Positions 52,369 to 61,187 of a DNA stretch of 64,000 bases are shown piece after piece. The DNA is from Deferribacterales bacterium (GTDB lineage: Bacteria; Chrysiogenota; Deferribacteres; Deferribacterales; Geovibrionaceae): positions 160,001-224,000 of the forward strand of contig JBFWLW010000005.1 of NCBI GenBank assembly GCA_050251945.1. Reading direction: 5' to 3'. The translations under genes were made by a program, and so were the position numbers. Numbering within the stretch: position 1 is the stretch's first letter; every line of letters starts with the position of its first letter. Under the pieces are notes generated by a model. The model was not told where the DNA came from. It made no database searches and was given only the letters and a program-made list of their open reading frames with translations.

Positions 52369-53193
52369 ATGCAGAAACCCAAAAAGGATCGCATTGACAA
52401 TCTTCTGGTTCAGCTTGATCTGGCGGAGACAACGGACGAGGCGGCGAGATTTGTTATGGCAGGTCTTGTGGTTGTTGACGACCACAGGGCAGATAAACCG
52501 GGACAGATGTTTCCTGTCGACAGCGTTGTAAGACTGAAAGCTCACAATAAATTCGCCAGCCGCGGCGGGCTCAAGCTTGAGAAGGCGGCGGACGAATTCC
52601 TGATAGATTTCAAAGACAAAACAGTAATAGATATCGGTGCATCCACAGGCGGTTTCACCGACGTGGCTCTTAATGCGGGAGCGGCGAAAGTATTTGCCGT
52701 GGATACCGGAAAAGGGCAGCTCGACCCGCGTCTGGCACGCGACGAACGAGTGACGGTTCTTGACGCCACAAACTTCAGAATAATTCCATATGAGACCATA
52801 GGCGCAAAGGCGGATATTTTCGTATGCGACGTTTCATTCATTTCGCTTTCAATGATAATTCCCGCCTGCGTACAGTTCTGCAAAGAAGATTCCGAGGCGG
52901 TGTTTCTCATCAAACCGCAGTTTGAGGCGGAGAGGAACGAAGTCGGCAGAGGCGGTATCGTCTTTGACAGATCGGTGCATGAAAGAGTGATTAGTCAGGT
53001 AATTACATGGGGCGCAGAGAGCGGGTTTGCGTTTTTCGGGCTTTGCGTTTCGCCCATAAAAGGTGCCAAAGGAAATATTGAATATCTCGTATATTTTAGG
53101 TACAATATTCAGGCAGGTGAGCCTGATGTCCAAAGCATCGTCAACAGGGTGGTGTATGAAAACCATAGCTATAGTCGCCAAACCCCACGGTGA
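52369..53193 (+). CDS. tlyA: TlyA family rRNA methyltransferase
   Basis: S4 domain, SRGGLKL, DIGASTGGFT, DVSFIS, KPQFE. Confidence 0.94.
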   Translation: MQKPKKDRIDNLLVQLDLAETTDEAARFVMAGLVVVDDHRADKPGQMFPVDSVVRLKAHNKFASRGGLKLEKAADEFLIDFKDKTVIDIGASTGGFTDVALNAGAAKVFAVDTGKGQLDPRLARDERVTVLDATNFRIIPYETIGAKADIFVCDVSFISLSMIIPACVQFCKEDSEAVFLIKPQFEAERNEVGRGGIVFDRSVHERVISQVITWGAESGFAFFGLCVSPIKGAKGNIEYLVYFRYNIQAGEPDVQSIVNRVVYENHSYSRQTPR

Positions 53194-54016
53194 CAGGGTT
53201 CGTCCGCTTCTGGGGGAGATGATCTCTTTTCTGACAGAGCGCGGCGTTACAATTTTGAAAGAGAAACGCACGGCAGAAGTGCTGGGCGAGAAAGAATATA
53301 ACACCGACAATGAGATAAAGGAAAAATCGGATCTTGTTGTGGTGCTTGGCGGCGACGGAACGCTCATCTCCGCAGTCCGTATCCTCGGTATGAAGGAAAC
53401 TCCCATACTTGGTGTAAACCTCGGCAGGCTCGGTTTTCTTACCGAAACGCGGGCATCGGACGCTCTTTCCGCATTGAAGTCCGTTCTGGACGGCGATTAC
53501 AGGCTGGAAAGACGGATGAAGCTTCACTCTCATCTTCTGGAAGAGGACGAAAAAGTCCTTGAGATAGACGTGCTGAACGATCTTGTAATAAACAAGTCGG
53601 ACGTGGCGCGAATCATAGAAATGTCTTTATACATCAACAAAGTTCTGGTGAACGAATACAGAGCCGACGGGCTTATCGTGGCAACCCCGACGGGTTCCAC
53701 CGCATACAGTCTTGCGGCGGGCGGTCCCATAGTGCATCCCGGTCTTGAGACCATGGTGATAACGCCTATCTGCCCGCAGGGGCTTTCAAACAGACCGATA
53801 GTAATTTCCGATGACAGCGAGGTTGAAATCCGCATAAAAACAGGAAACGAAAAAGTTTCCATAACATTTGACGGTCAGATATACCGTCAGCTCGACACGG
53901 AAAAGACCATTACCGTGAAGAAAGCAAGTACATGCACGCAGCTTATAGTGCCGAAGGATAAGAACTATTACGCTCTTATCCGCGAAAAACTCGGCTGGGG
54001 CGGTGTTCAGTGCTGA
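53156..54016 (+). CDS. nadK: NAD kinase
   Basis: GGDGT, GRLGFL, DGLIVATPTGSTAY. Confidence 0.95.
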   Translation: MKTIAIVAKPHGDRVRPLLGEMISFLTERGVTILKEKRTAEVLGEKEYNTDNEIKEKSDLVVVLGGDGTLISAVRILGMKETPILGVNLGRLGFLTETRASDALSALKSVLDGDYRLERRMKLHSHLLEEDEKVLEIDVLNDLVINKSDVARIIEMSLYINKVLVNEYRADGLIVATPTGSTAYSLAAGGPIVHPGLETMVITPICPQGLSNRPIVISDDSEVEIRIKTGNEKVSITFDGQIYRQLDTEKTITVKKASTCTQLIVPKDKNYYALIREKLGWGGVQC

Positions 54017-55662
54017 GTATGCTTCGGGTTGAAAACCTTTCGGTGATCGAATCAGTTTCCGTGGAGTTCACGGACGGGCTGAACATCATCACAGGTGAGA
54101 CCGGAGCGGGTAAATCTGTTTTCATAGGCGCTTTGAGCCTCGTTCTGGGAGCCAGATTCAGCAGAACACTCTTTCGCGACCCTGAAAAAAAGATAACTGT
54201 CGAGGCGGAATTTCTCGGCGCACAGGACGTTTCGCATGAGCTTGCGGAGCAGTTTGAAACTGACGACGGCATAATAATTCGCCGCGAGATAGATAAGGCG
54301 GGCAAGAACAGGATATTTATAAACGGGCGCATGGCGACCGTTGAACAGCTCAGGGAGCTTACGGCTTCTTTCTGCGATATTCACGGACAGCATGAACATC
54401 AGCAGCTTCTGGACAACGCAACACATATGGGCTTCATAGACAGCCTTGTTCCGCAGGAGCCGAAAGACGCCTATGCCGGATGCTACGGCGGCTACAGGGA
54501 GCTTGTTTCACGCATTGCCAAAATCAAGGCGGACAGGCAGATGTTCCTGCGCGAGAAGGACATGCTTGAGTTCCAGCTTGGCGAGATTGACGAACTTAAG
54601 ATAAATCCCGATGAAGATTCCAAAATCGACGACAGAATAAACGTCCTTTCAAACCTTTCAAAAATACTTGAGAACTCAACGAAATCTTTGCAGCTTCTCC
54701 GTGACGGTGAGGTGAACGCATACGAACTCGTCACCTCTGCGGCGGCGGCTCTGAACGGTATCTCGAAATACAGCGCAACGATTAGTAAGGCGGCTGATCA
54801 GTTGTCTGAAATGACATATCTGTTCAACGACATTATGGCTAATATCGAATCCGTTGCTGACGCTTCCGACACGGATCCCGACGAGCTTGACAGGCTTGTG
54901 GACAGAAAATACAAACTCCAGAACCTTATGAAGAAATACGGACCGGAACTTTCAGACGTATGCGCGTTTGCAGATAAGGTCAGAAGCAGACTTACGGAGA
55001 TGGAATTCTCTGAGGACAGTCTGGGCAAGCTTGAGAAAGAGCTTGGCACTTTAAGAAAAGAGCTTGACGCAAAAGCGGAAACTTTGAACAAGGCGCGCCG
55101 TAAAGCGGCTGACCTGATTGAAAGATCCATAGTTGAAAATTTAAATGAACTTGAACTTAAAAACTCTGTCTTTAAAGTGGTATTTGAAAATATCGAGGAT
55201 ATGGATGCGTCCGCAGGGCTGAAAGCGGAATTTCATATCAGCACCAACAGAGGTTTTGAACCTGGACCTATTCAGAAGGTTGCGTCAGGCGGTGAGATTT
55301 CCCGCGTGATGCTCGCCATGAAAGAGGTCTTTGCCGAAAAAGACAGGGTGCAGACCCTTGTTTTTGACGAGATTGACACCGGAATAAGCGGAAAAACGGC
55401 TAAACAGGTTGCTGTTAAGCTGAAAAAAGTGGCGAACGCCAGACAGGTGATTGTTATCACACATCTGCCTGTAGTCGCGAGCGCAGGGAAAAATCACCTG
55501 CATATCACAAAAGCCGCAGACACCGGACTTGCAAGAACAGAGATAAACGAGATAGACGGGGATACGCGACTTGCAGTGCTGGCGCAGATGATAGCCGGAA
55601 ATGACACACCGTCTGCTGTGCAGCAGGCAAAGGAGATGATAGAGGATATGAAGGATGCTTGA
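54010..55662 (+). CDS. recN: DNA repair protein RecN
   Basis: TGETGAGKS, HGQH, ASGGEISR, FDEIDTG, ITHLP. Confidence 0.96.
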   Translation: MLSMLRVENLSVIESVSVEFTDGLNIITGETGAGKSVFIGALSLVLGARFSRTLFRDPEKKITVEAEFLGAQDVSHELAEQFETDDGIIIRREIDKAGKNRIFINGRMATVEQLRELTASFCDIHGQHEHQQLLDNATHMGFIDSLVPQEPKDAYAGCYGGYRELVSRIAKIKADRQMFLREKDMLEFQLGEIDELKINPDEDSKIDDRINVLSNLSKILENSTKSLQLLRDGEVNAYELVTSAAAALNGISKYSATISKAADQLSEMTYLFNDIMANIESVADASDTDPDELDRLVDRKYKLQNLMKKYGPELSDVCAFADKVRSRLTEMEFSEDSLGKLEKELGTLRKELDAKAETLNKARRKAADLIERSIVENLNELELKNSVFKVVFENIEDMDASAGLKAEFHISTNRGFEPGPIQKVASGGEISRVMLAMKEVFAEKDRVQTLVFDEIDTGISGKTAKQVAVKLKKVANARQVIVITHLPVVASAGKNHLHITKAADTGLARTEINEIDGDTRLAVLAQMIAGNDTPSAVQQAKEMIEDMKDA

Positions 55663-56269
55663 CGCTTTCGTACAGTTTATTCTTAACGCAGTTCATAACA
55701 TGGGTTATGCTGGAATAGTCATCATGATGGCGCTTGAAAGCTCCTTTGTCCCTTTTCCCAGCGAAGTCGTCGTTCCGCCTGCGGGTTACCTTGCCGCGCA
55801 GGGAAAAATGAATATCTATCTTGTTGTAATAAGCGGTGTCACAGGCTCTGTCATCGGAGCGCTTGTGAATTACTATCTCGCTGTGTTCATGGGCAGGGCG
55901 CTTCTGGTCAAATACGGCAAATATTTTTTCATGCCTGTGGAACGCCTTGATAAGATGGAGAATTATTTTAAAGTGCATGGAGAGATAACCACTTTTGTCG
56001 GTCGTCTCATACCAGCCGTGAGGCAGTATATCTCCTTTCCTGCAGGGCTTGCCCGCATGAACATGCCGAAGTTTATTTTCTTTACCTCGCTCGGTGCCGG
56101 AATATGGGTTGTTATCCTTGCTATCCTCGGATATTTCGTCGGAAATAATATTGAGCTAATCAAATCAAATTTACATCCGATTACCATAATTACACTATGT
56201 GTCTTAACGGTGGTTGTTATTCTTTACGTCATTTGGCACAAAAAAAGGAGGAAAAATGCAGCAGCGTAG
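55655..56269 (+). CDS. dedA: DedA family membrane protein
   Basis: ESSFVPFPSE, GRLIPAVRQYISFPAG. Confidence 0.92.
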   Translation: MLDAFVQFILNAVHNMGYAGIVIMMALESSFVPFPSEVVVPPAGYLAAQGKMNIYLVVISGVTGSVIGALVNYYLAVFMGRALLVKYGKYFFMPVERLDKMENYFKVHGEITTFVGRLIPAVRQYISFPAGLARMNMPKFIFFTSLGAGIWVVILAILGYFVGNNIELIKSNLHPITIITLCVLTVVVILYVIWHKKRRKNAAA

Positions 56270-57428
56270 GGTTTTACTTGTTTTTTTAATGCTATTGTTC
56301 ACGTTTTTTTCAGCAAACGCTTCAGATAAAATACATAAAATACAAACAGGCGACAGTCTTTTTTCTATATTTTCCGATAAACTTTCTGCGGCGACGATTT
56401 TAAACCTCGAAAAAGAGATTAAGCGGCTTGTTCCGGATTTTACACTCAGAATAGGCGCTGTAGTCAAAATAAACCCCGCCTCCGTTACAATCTCCCCCGA
56501 CAGCCTGACGGATATTTCAGTTAATCTCCTTGATGACGATTTTGATCTTAAGGTGACTAACCATCCGGTGCATACTGTCACCGCCATCGCTCACGGAGTT
56601 GTGGAATCCAGCCTCACCGATGCTATGGTGAAAGCCGGCGAGGGTGTCGAACTGGCTTTCATGCTTGCAGACATTTACGAGTGGGAGATCGACTTCTTCC
56701 ATGCTCTGCGAAAAGGCGATTCTTTTTCTGTTCTGGTTGAGAAAAAATTTGCCAAGGACAGATTCATCGGCTACGGAAAGATTCTGGCGGCGGATTTCGT
56801 GAATCAGGGACGTTTTCTCCGAGCACTCTATTACGAGTATAACGGAGTAAAAGGCTACTATGACGCGGACGGCAAATCACTCAAAAAAGGATTCCTCAAA
56901 GCACCTCTCAAATTCACCAGAATATCATCAACATATACAGGCAGAAGACTCCACCCGGTTCTCAACAGATACATCCCCCACCACGGAGTCGATTACGCTG
57001 CTCCTGTGGGGACACCTATACATGCGACCTCAGACGGCGTTGTTCTGAACAGGGAATACAACCAGTTCAATGGCAACTATGTGAAGATACGCCACCTGAA
57101 CGGGTACGAGACCCTTTATCTGCACCTTTCAAAATTTGCAAAGATAAGAAAAGGATCCAAGGTTTCACAAGGTTCTGTGATCGGTTATGTCGGTTCCACA
57201 GGTATATCAACCGGACCGCACCTTGATTACCGTATCAAGCAATATGGTAAGTTCCTTAACCCTCTGACGTTTACATCGCCAAACCTGAAACTGCCAAGGT
57301 CTCAGAAGGTTGCTTTCAAAGAAGCCGTTAAGCCGTTGGTGGCGAAGATAAACAGTGCGTATGGGCGTGACGTCCGTTTTACGCTTCTGCGGAATTCTCA
57401 GGTGCGAAGTGACGGAAGTTTGATGTAA
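56256..57428 (+). CDS. M23 family peptidoglycan endopeptidase (MepM-like)
   Basis: Signal peptide, HHGVDYAAP, YLHL, STGPHLDY. Confidence 0.92.
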   Translation: MQQRRVLLVFLMLLFTFFSANASDKIHKIQTGDSLFSIFSDKLSAATILNLEKEIKRLVPDFTLRIGAVVKINPASVTISPDSLTDISVNLLDDDFDLKVTNHPVHTVTAIAHGVVESSLTDAMVKAGEGVELAFMLADIYEWEIDFFHALRKGDSFSVLVEKKFAKDRFIGYGKILAADFVNQGRFLRALYYEYNGVKGYYDADGKSLKKGFLKAPLKFTRISSTYTGRRLHPVLNRYIPHHGVDYAAPVGTPIHATSDGVVLNREYNQFNGNYVKIRHLNGYETLYLHLSKFAKIRKGSKVSQGSVIGYVGSTGISTGPHLDYRIKQYGKFLNPLTFTSPNLKLPRSQKVAFKEAVKPLVAKINSAYGRDVRFTLLRNSQVRSDGSLM

Positions 57429-57441
57429 TTGAAAATAGTAA

Positions 57442-57462
57442 AGCCGGTCTTATGACTGGCTT
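57442..57462. terminator. Terminator-like hairpin, duplicated at 57604-57624 by MITE insertion
   Basis: AGCCGGTC-TTAT-GACTGGCT; second copy followed by a T-run. Confidence 0.6.
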
Positions 57463-57603
57463 CAGGTTGTTGATAAACTAAATATACACAGACACACATT
57501 AGACTGCTTCGGGTTAAAACCCTCGCAGAGACGTTTTTTTGTCTTCGCGAGGAGTGTATGCGACGACGCGATCTCGCATTTTACTGACTTTGTCATCAGT
57601 CTG
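57463..57603 (-). mobile_element. MITE wrapper type 1 (IS1182-like ends), second copy
   Basis: Ends CAGGTTGTTGATAAA / TTTGTCATCAGTCTG; 21-bp direct repeats (19/21 identical); internal REP pair 57501-57575. Confidence 0.8.
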
Positions 57604-57611
57604 AGCCGATC

Positions 57612-58631
57612 TTATGACCGGCTTTTTTGTTTCTGTATAAATTCTTCCAGTTTTTCTCTGATATCTTCAAAACCGAATTGAGACATGCAAGGGATATCCG
57701 GTGATATTCTGCATGTGCTTTTAAGACATGGCTGACATTCCAGCCCTGCGTTGGCGTATGTATGTTCCGGTGACGGGAACACCCAGTGGGGGGATGTTGA
57801 GCCTATCACTATAAACGTCGGCACATTCTGTGCGGTGGCAATATGGTGAGGCGCAGAATCGTTGCCGATATGCAGTTTCGCTCTGCCTATCACGGCTATG
57901 AATTCCGGAAGGCTCGTCTGGGGCATCAGAAAAACGTTCTCAGGCATTTTGCTTATTCTGTCTGTTATGTATTCCTTTTCACCCGGTCCGTATGTAAGAA
58001 GCACCTTTGCGGCGTGTTCTTTTACGAGATATACGGCAGTTTCAATGAAATGATCAAATTTCCAGCGCCTCGTGTCCCTTTTATGTGTGGGCGACATTGT
58101 CACCAGAAAGTCGGAATCTGATATGCCGAAAGATTTCAGTATTTCTTCCGCGCGTGCCGAAGCCTTTACAGATGGAAACACTTCGGGTTTCGCATTAAGC
58201 TTCGCCGGATCAAAATCTTTTATGAAAGGAGCTGTGAGGGACAGTTTTATTACTCCCGGGCAGCCGTCATAGACCTTTACAGGCGTATTATAAAAGAATT
58301 TGCGAGGGGAATTGCCGTAGCAGACTTTATGTTTCGCGCCGCTCAAAAATGAAATGTAGGCCGTTCTGGGGTTGTTATGAAAATCCAGAACCGCGTCGTA
58401 TCTGTTTCTGCGCACTTCTCTGATGATTCTCGCCATCTCTTTTATGCCGCCTTTGCGCTCGGTGGTCAGGATATTTCTGATGTCAGGGTTGTTTTCAACA
58501 ACGGGTTTGTTAGCCTTGAACGTCAGGAAGTCTATCTCCGCGTCAGGATAATATTTTTTCAGTTCTCTGGGGATATGTGTGGTGAGAACAACGTCGCCTG
58601 TCTGATATAGCTGTATCAAAAGAAATTTCAT
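57612..58631 (-). CDS. Glycosyltransferase family 9 (LPS heptosyltransferase-like)
   Basis: GDVVL, IGNDSAPHHIA, CQPC..C..PCM. Confidence 0.9.
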   Translation of the reverse strand: MKFLLIQLYQTGDVVLTTHIPRELKKYYPDAEIDFLTFKANKPVVENNPDIRNILTTERKGGIKEMARIIREVRRNRYDAVLDFHNNPRTAYISFLSGAKHKVCYGNSPRKFFYNTPVKVYDGCPGVIKLSLTAPFIKDFDPAKLNAKPEVFPSVKASARAEEILKSFGISDSDFLVTMSPTHKRDTRRWKFDHFIETAVYLVKEHAAKVLLTYGPGEKEYITDRISKMPENVFLMPQTSLPEFIAVIGRAKLHIGNDSAPHHIATAQNVPTFIVIGSTSPHWVFPSPEHTYANAGLECQPCLKSTCRISPDIPCMSQFGFEDIREKLEEFIQKQKSRS

Positions 58632-58707
58632 TCCGCCTCCGATGAAGAGGAGAATATCAGATGAATCGGAAAATATGAAGTGAAAAGGTTGTGCAGGTCA
58701 AAGGATG

Positions 58708-58971
58708 TCAGGCTATTTCAAGCTTTTCCGGTTTAAGTCCCATTCCGTCGCCCAGACCGAATACATACCATTTAAGCTGTTCATCCGTAAGATCGCTTGC
58801 GAGGGTGAAAACATCCGATTCGCTCTGACCTTTCAGCACAAGATTATATGTTTCGCCGCTGGCTTCCATCTTTTTTTCCAACAGCAGGGCAATTTTTGTT
58901 TCTTCAATATTCTTGTTAATGTGCCCCAGAACAGAACAAACATTACTCATGAACTCCATCGAAGGTTTCAT
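58708..58971 (-). CDS. Hypothetical protein (~87 aa)
   Basis: GAGGTG RBS, preceded by sigma28-like promoter. Confidence 0.65.
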   Translation of the reverse strand: MKPSMEFMSNVCSVLGHINKNIEETKIALLLEKKMEASGETYNLVLKGQSESDVFTLASDLTDEQLKWYVFGLGDGMGLKPEKLEIA

Positions 58972-58998
58972 CACACACCTCTGTTTTTATATACTAAT

Positions 58999-59025
58999 GT
59001 ATCGGTTTATTTTTATCAATGTTTA
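58999..59025 (-). promoter_or_regulatory. Putative sigma28 (FliA) promoter
   Basis: Minus strand TAAA-N15-ACCGATAC. Confidence 0.55.
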
Positions 59026-59095
59026 GTGGGAAAAGATGTTTAGTGTAAAATTATTTTATGCTAGATTATGAGTAGTCTGCATTACGGGAGAGTAT

Positions 59096-60220
59096 ATGAG
59101 AATAGCTTTTGCACAAAGAAAGATACTTGGGCGCAATGGTGCATCCCGTATTATTGCTGAACAGATGCGCGTGTTCAGACAGTCCGGTCACGATGTTTAT
59201 CTTTACAGTGCAAGATGCAATTCTGATGTCATCGGTGAAGGTATTAATATTAAAACTTTTTTTTCAATTATTCCGGGTAAGGAGAAGCGAAGACGCGCTT
59301 ATGCTGAAGGGTATGAAAAGTTCTGCCGAAAAAACAGGATAGATATTGCCTTCGGCAACGGTGATACGTTTTTTCAGGATGTGCTTTTCATGCATAACAT
59401 GCTGGAAGCTGAAAATTGTATTGTTAAGGGCGATAACAGCTTTTTTAAATCTTCTGTTTTTCACATCCACAACCGTATTCTCTCCGAACAAAATTATAAG
59501 GTTCTTATCTGCAACTCTATGATGATGCGTGACTATTTTGTTGAAAAATATAATCTGGACAGAAATCGCGTACGCGTGCTTTATCCCGGATATGATAAAG
59601 CGATCTTTAACACCGCGGATGTCAGACAGGCGTCTGATCTGATACGCGAACGGCATGCCATAGACAGAAAATATATGTTAGGTTTTGTTTCCTCCGGAAA
59701 TCTTCTTAAAAGGGGAGTGGATATTCTTATAGATGCTATGGGATTTCTGGACAGAGAGCTTTCAAAATACAGCTCGCTCCTGCTCATAGGCAAAGATGGC
59801 AAGATTGAAGACTACAAACGCCGCATTGCCGAAGTGAATCCGGAAATACAGGTAATTGCAGTCGGTGCCGTTGACGACATAGCAAATTATTATAAGTCTA
59901 TAGATATTCTTCTTCATCCGGCTCATATTGAAGAATTCGGTATGACTTTGCTTGAGGCGGCTGCTTGCGGTGTTCCCGTGATAACATCAAAAATGACCGG
60001 ATTTTCTGAGATTCTGAGAGGTGACGAACGGAAGTATGTCATGGAGAGACCGGACGCTTCTGTTCTGGCGGAGCTTACTTCCGGACTGCTTGAGGACAGC
60101 CACGCAAGAGCCGTTACAGGGGCAAGCTCGGCTATTAACGCCATCAACTACTCATGGGAAGGTTATATCGCTAATCTTTATGAAATACTCGAAGACTTCT
60201 CATTAATGCCTTCGCGATAA
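59096..60220 (+). CDS. Glycosyltransferase family 4
   Basis: NS..M, PG.D, KRGVD, EEFGMTLLEAAACGVPVI. Confidence 0.9.
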   Translation: MRIAFAQRKILGRNGASRIIAEQMRVFRQSGHDVYLYSARCNSDVIGEGINIKTFFSIIPGKEKRRRAYAEGYEKFCRKNRIDIAFGNGDTFFQDVLFMHNMLEAENCIVKGDNSFFKSSVFHIHNRILSEQNYKVLICNSMMMRDYFVEKYNLDRNRVRVLYPGYDKAIFNTADVRQASDLIRERHAIDRKYMLGFVSSGNLLKRGVDILIDAMGFLDRELSKYSSLLLIGKDGKIEDYKRRIAEVNPEIQVIAVGAVDDIANYYKSIDILLHPAHIEEFGMTLLEAAACGVPVITSKMTGFSEILRGDERKYVMERPDASVLAELTSGLLEDSHARAVTGASSAINAINYSWEGYIANLYEILEDFSLMPSR

Positions 60221-61112
60221 GCCCCATCACCGAAAGACGGAAAAGCCCGCTTAATACGGATGTGCGGTCGTTATGCCATGATTCGCCGATATATTCCTTA
60301 ACATCCATGTACTGTTTCTCTCTCAGCAGACGGACGGTATTTTGCTTGAATGTTTGTGAAAGCAGCTCTTTTCTGAGTTTTAGCACCCGCTTCTTGTCAT
60401 CTGTGACGCTTTCCACATAATTTATTATGTCTATAATACAGTCTGTCTCGTCCAGCATGGTTTCAACATCTGTCTTATTCTCAATCTCCGGTTCATATCT
60501 CAGCACAAGGCTTTCAGAGGTGTAGACAAGGTCACCCTCCGCCATTGCCAGCATTGCGGCGGCAGACGGGAAGCAGTCCGGTCTCGCCGGAAGTCCGCGA
60601 AAGAGGGATGAGAGAACTATGTCGCGGCGTATCAGAACGTTGGTGAATCTTCTGAAAGGAACTTCGGTAAAGACATTAAAGAGGTAGTCCGTGCCTTTGA
60701 CATATTCCGGCAGATTATATGTGGTACGTTCCTTCCTGTCGTCCCGCATAACAGTTATGTAGGAGGAGAAGGTCATTGAGATGCCGCCGAAGGTGTCGGA
60801 TTGCTCAAGACGCTTTTCGAGGGAGTTTTCGGAGAGTATTTCGCAGTCCTCCAGAAATCTCACCCATGGCGCCGTTGCCATTTCTGCCAGTTTTACGCAT
60901 GAGGTATGCCGACAGAGAGGCTTTTCAGGTTTGAAATATTTCAGTCTGTCACATGAATACTTGTCTATGATGTCCGAAACGGTGTTGTCCGGTGTGTTGT
61001 CGCATACTATGACGGATGCCGCCATTTTCTGATTCAGTGCCGATTTCAGGCATTGCTCAAAATATTCCGATCCGTATGCGGAGATCAGTATGTCCGCTTT
61101 TGAACTTTCCAT
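60171..61112 (-). CDS. Glycosyltransferase family 2-like (divergent)
   Basis: ILISAY..YFEQCLKSALNQ..VIVCDN N-terminus; DxD position reads EDCE. Confidence 0.7.
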   Translation of the reverse strand: MESSKADILISAYGSEYFEQCLKSALNQKMAASVIVCDNTPDNTVSDIIDKYSCDRLKYFKPEKPLCRHTSCVKLAEMATAPWVRFLEDCEILSENSLEKRLEQSDTFGGISMTFSSYITVMRDDRKERTTYNLPEYVKGTDYLFNVFTEVPFRRFTNVLIRRDIVLSSLFRGLPARPDCFPSAAAMLAMAEGDLVYTSESLVLRYEPEIENKTDVETMLDETDCIIDIINYVESVTDDKKRVLKLRKELLSQTFKQNTVRLLREKQYMDVKEYIGESWHNDRTSVLSGLFRLSVMGLIAKALMRSLRVFHKD

Positions 61113-61122
61113 GTTCTCCCCG

Positions 61123-61159
61123 AAAAAAATAAGCCTCCGTATCTTAGCATACGGAGGCT
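61123..61159 (-). terminator. Rho-independent terminator after nrdJ
   Basis: AGCCTCCGTAT-6-ATACGGAGGCT stem with U-rich tract on minus strand. Confidence 0.85.
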
Positions 61160-61187
61160 CTGTTTATAAGGAGAAATTGTAGGGTGA

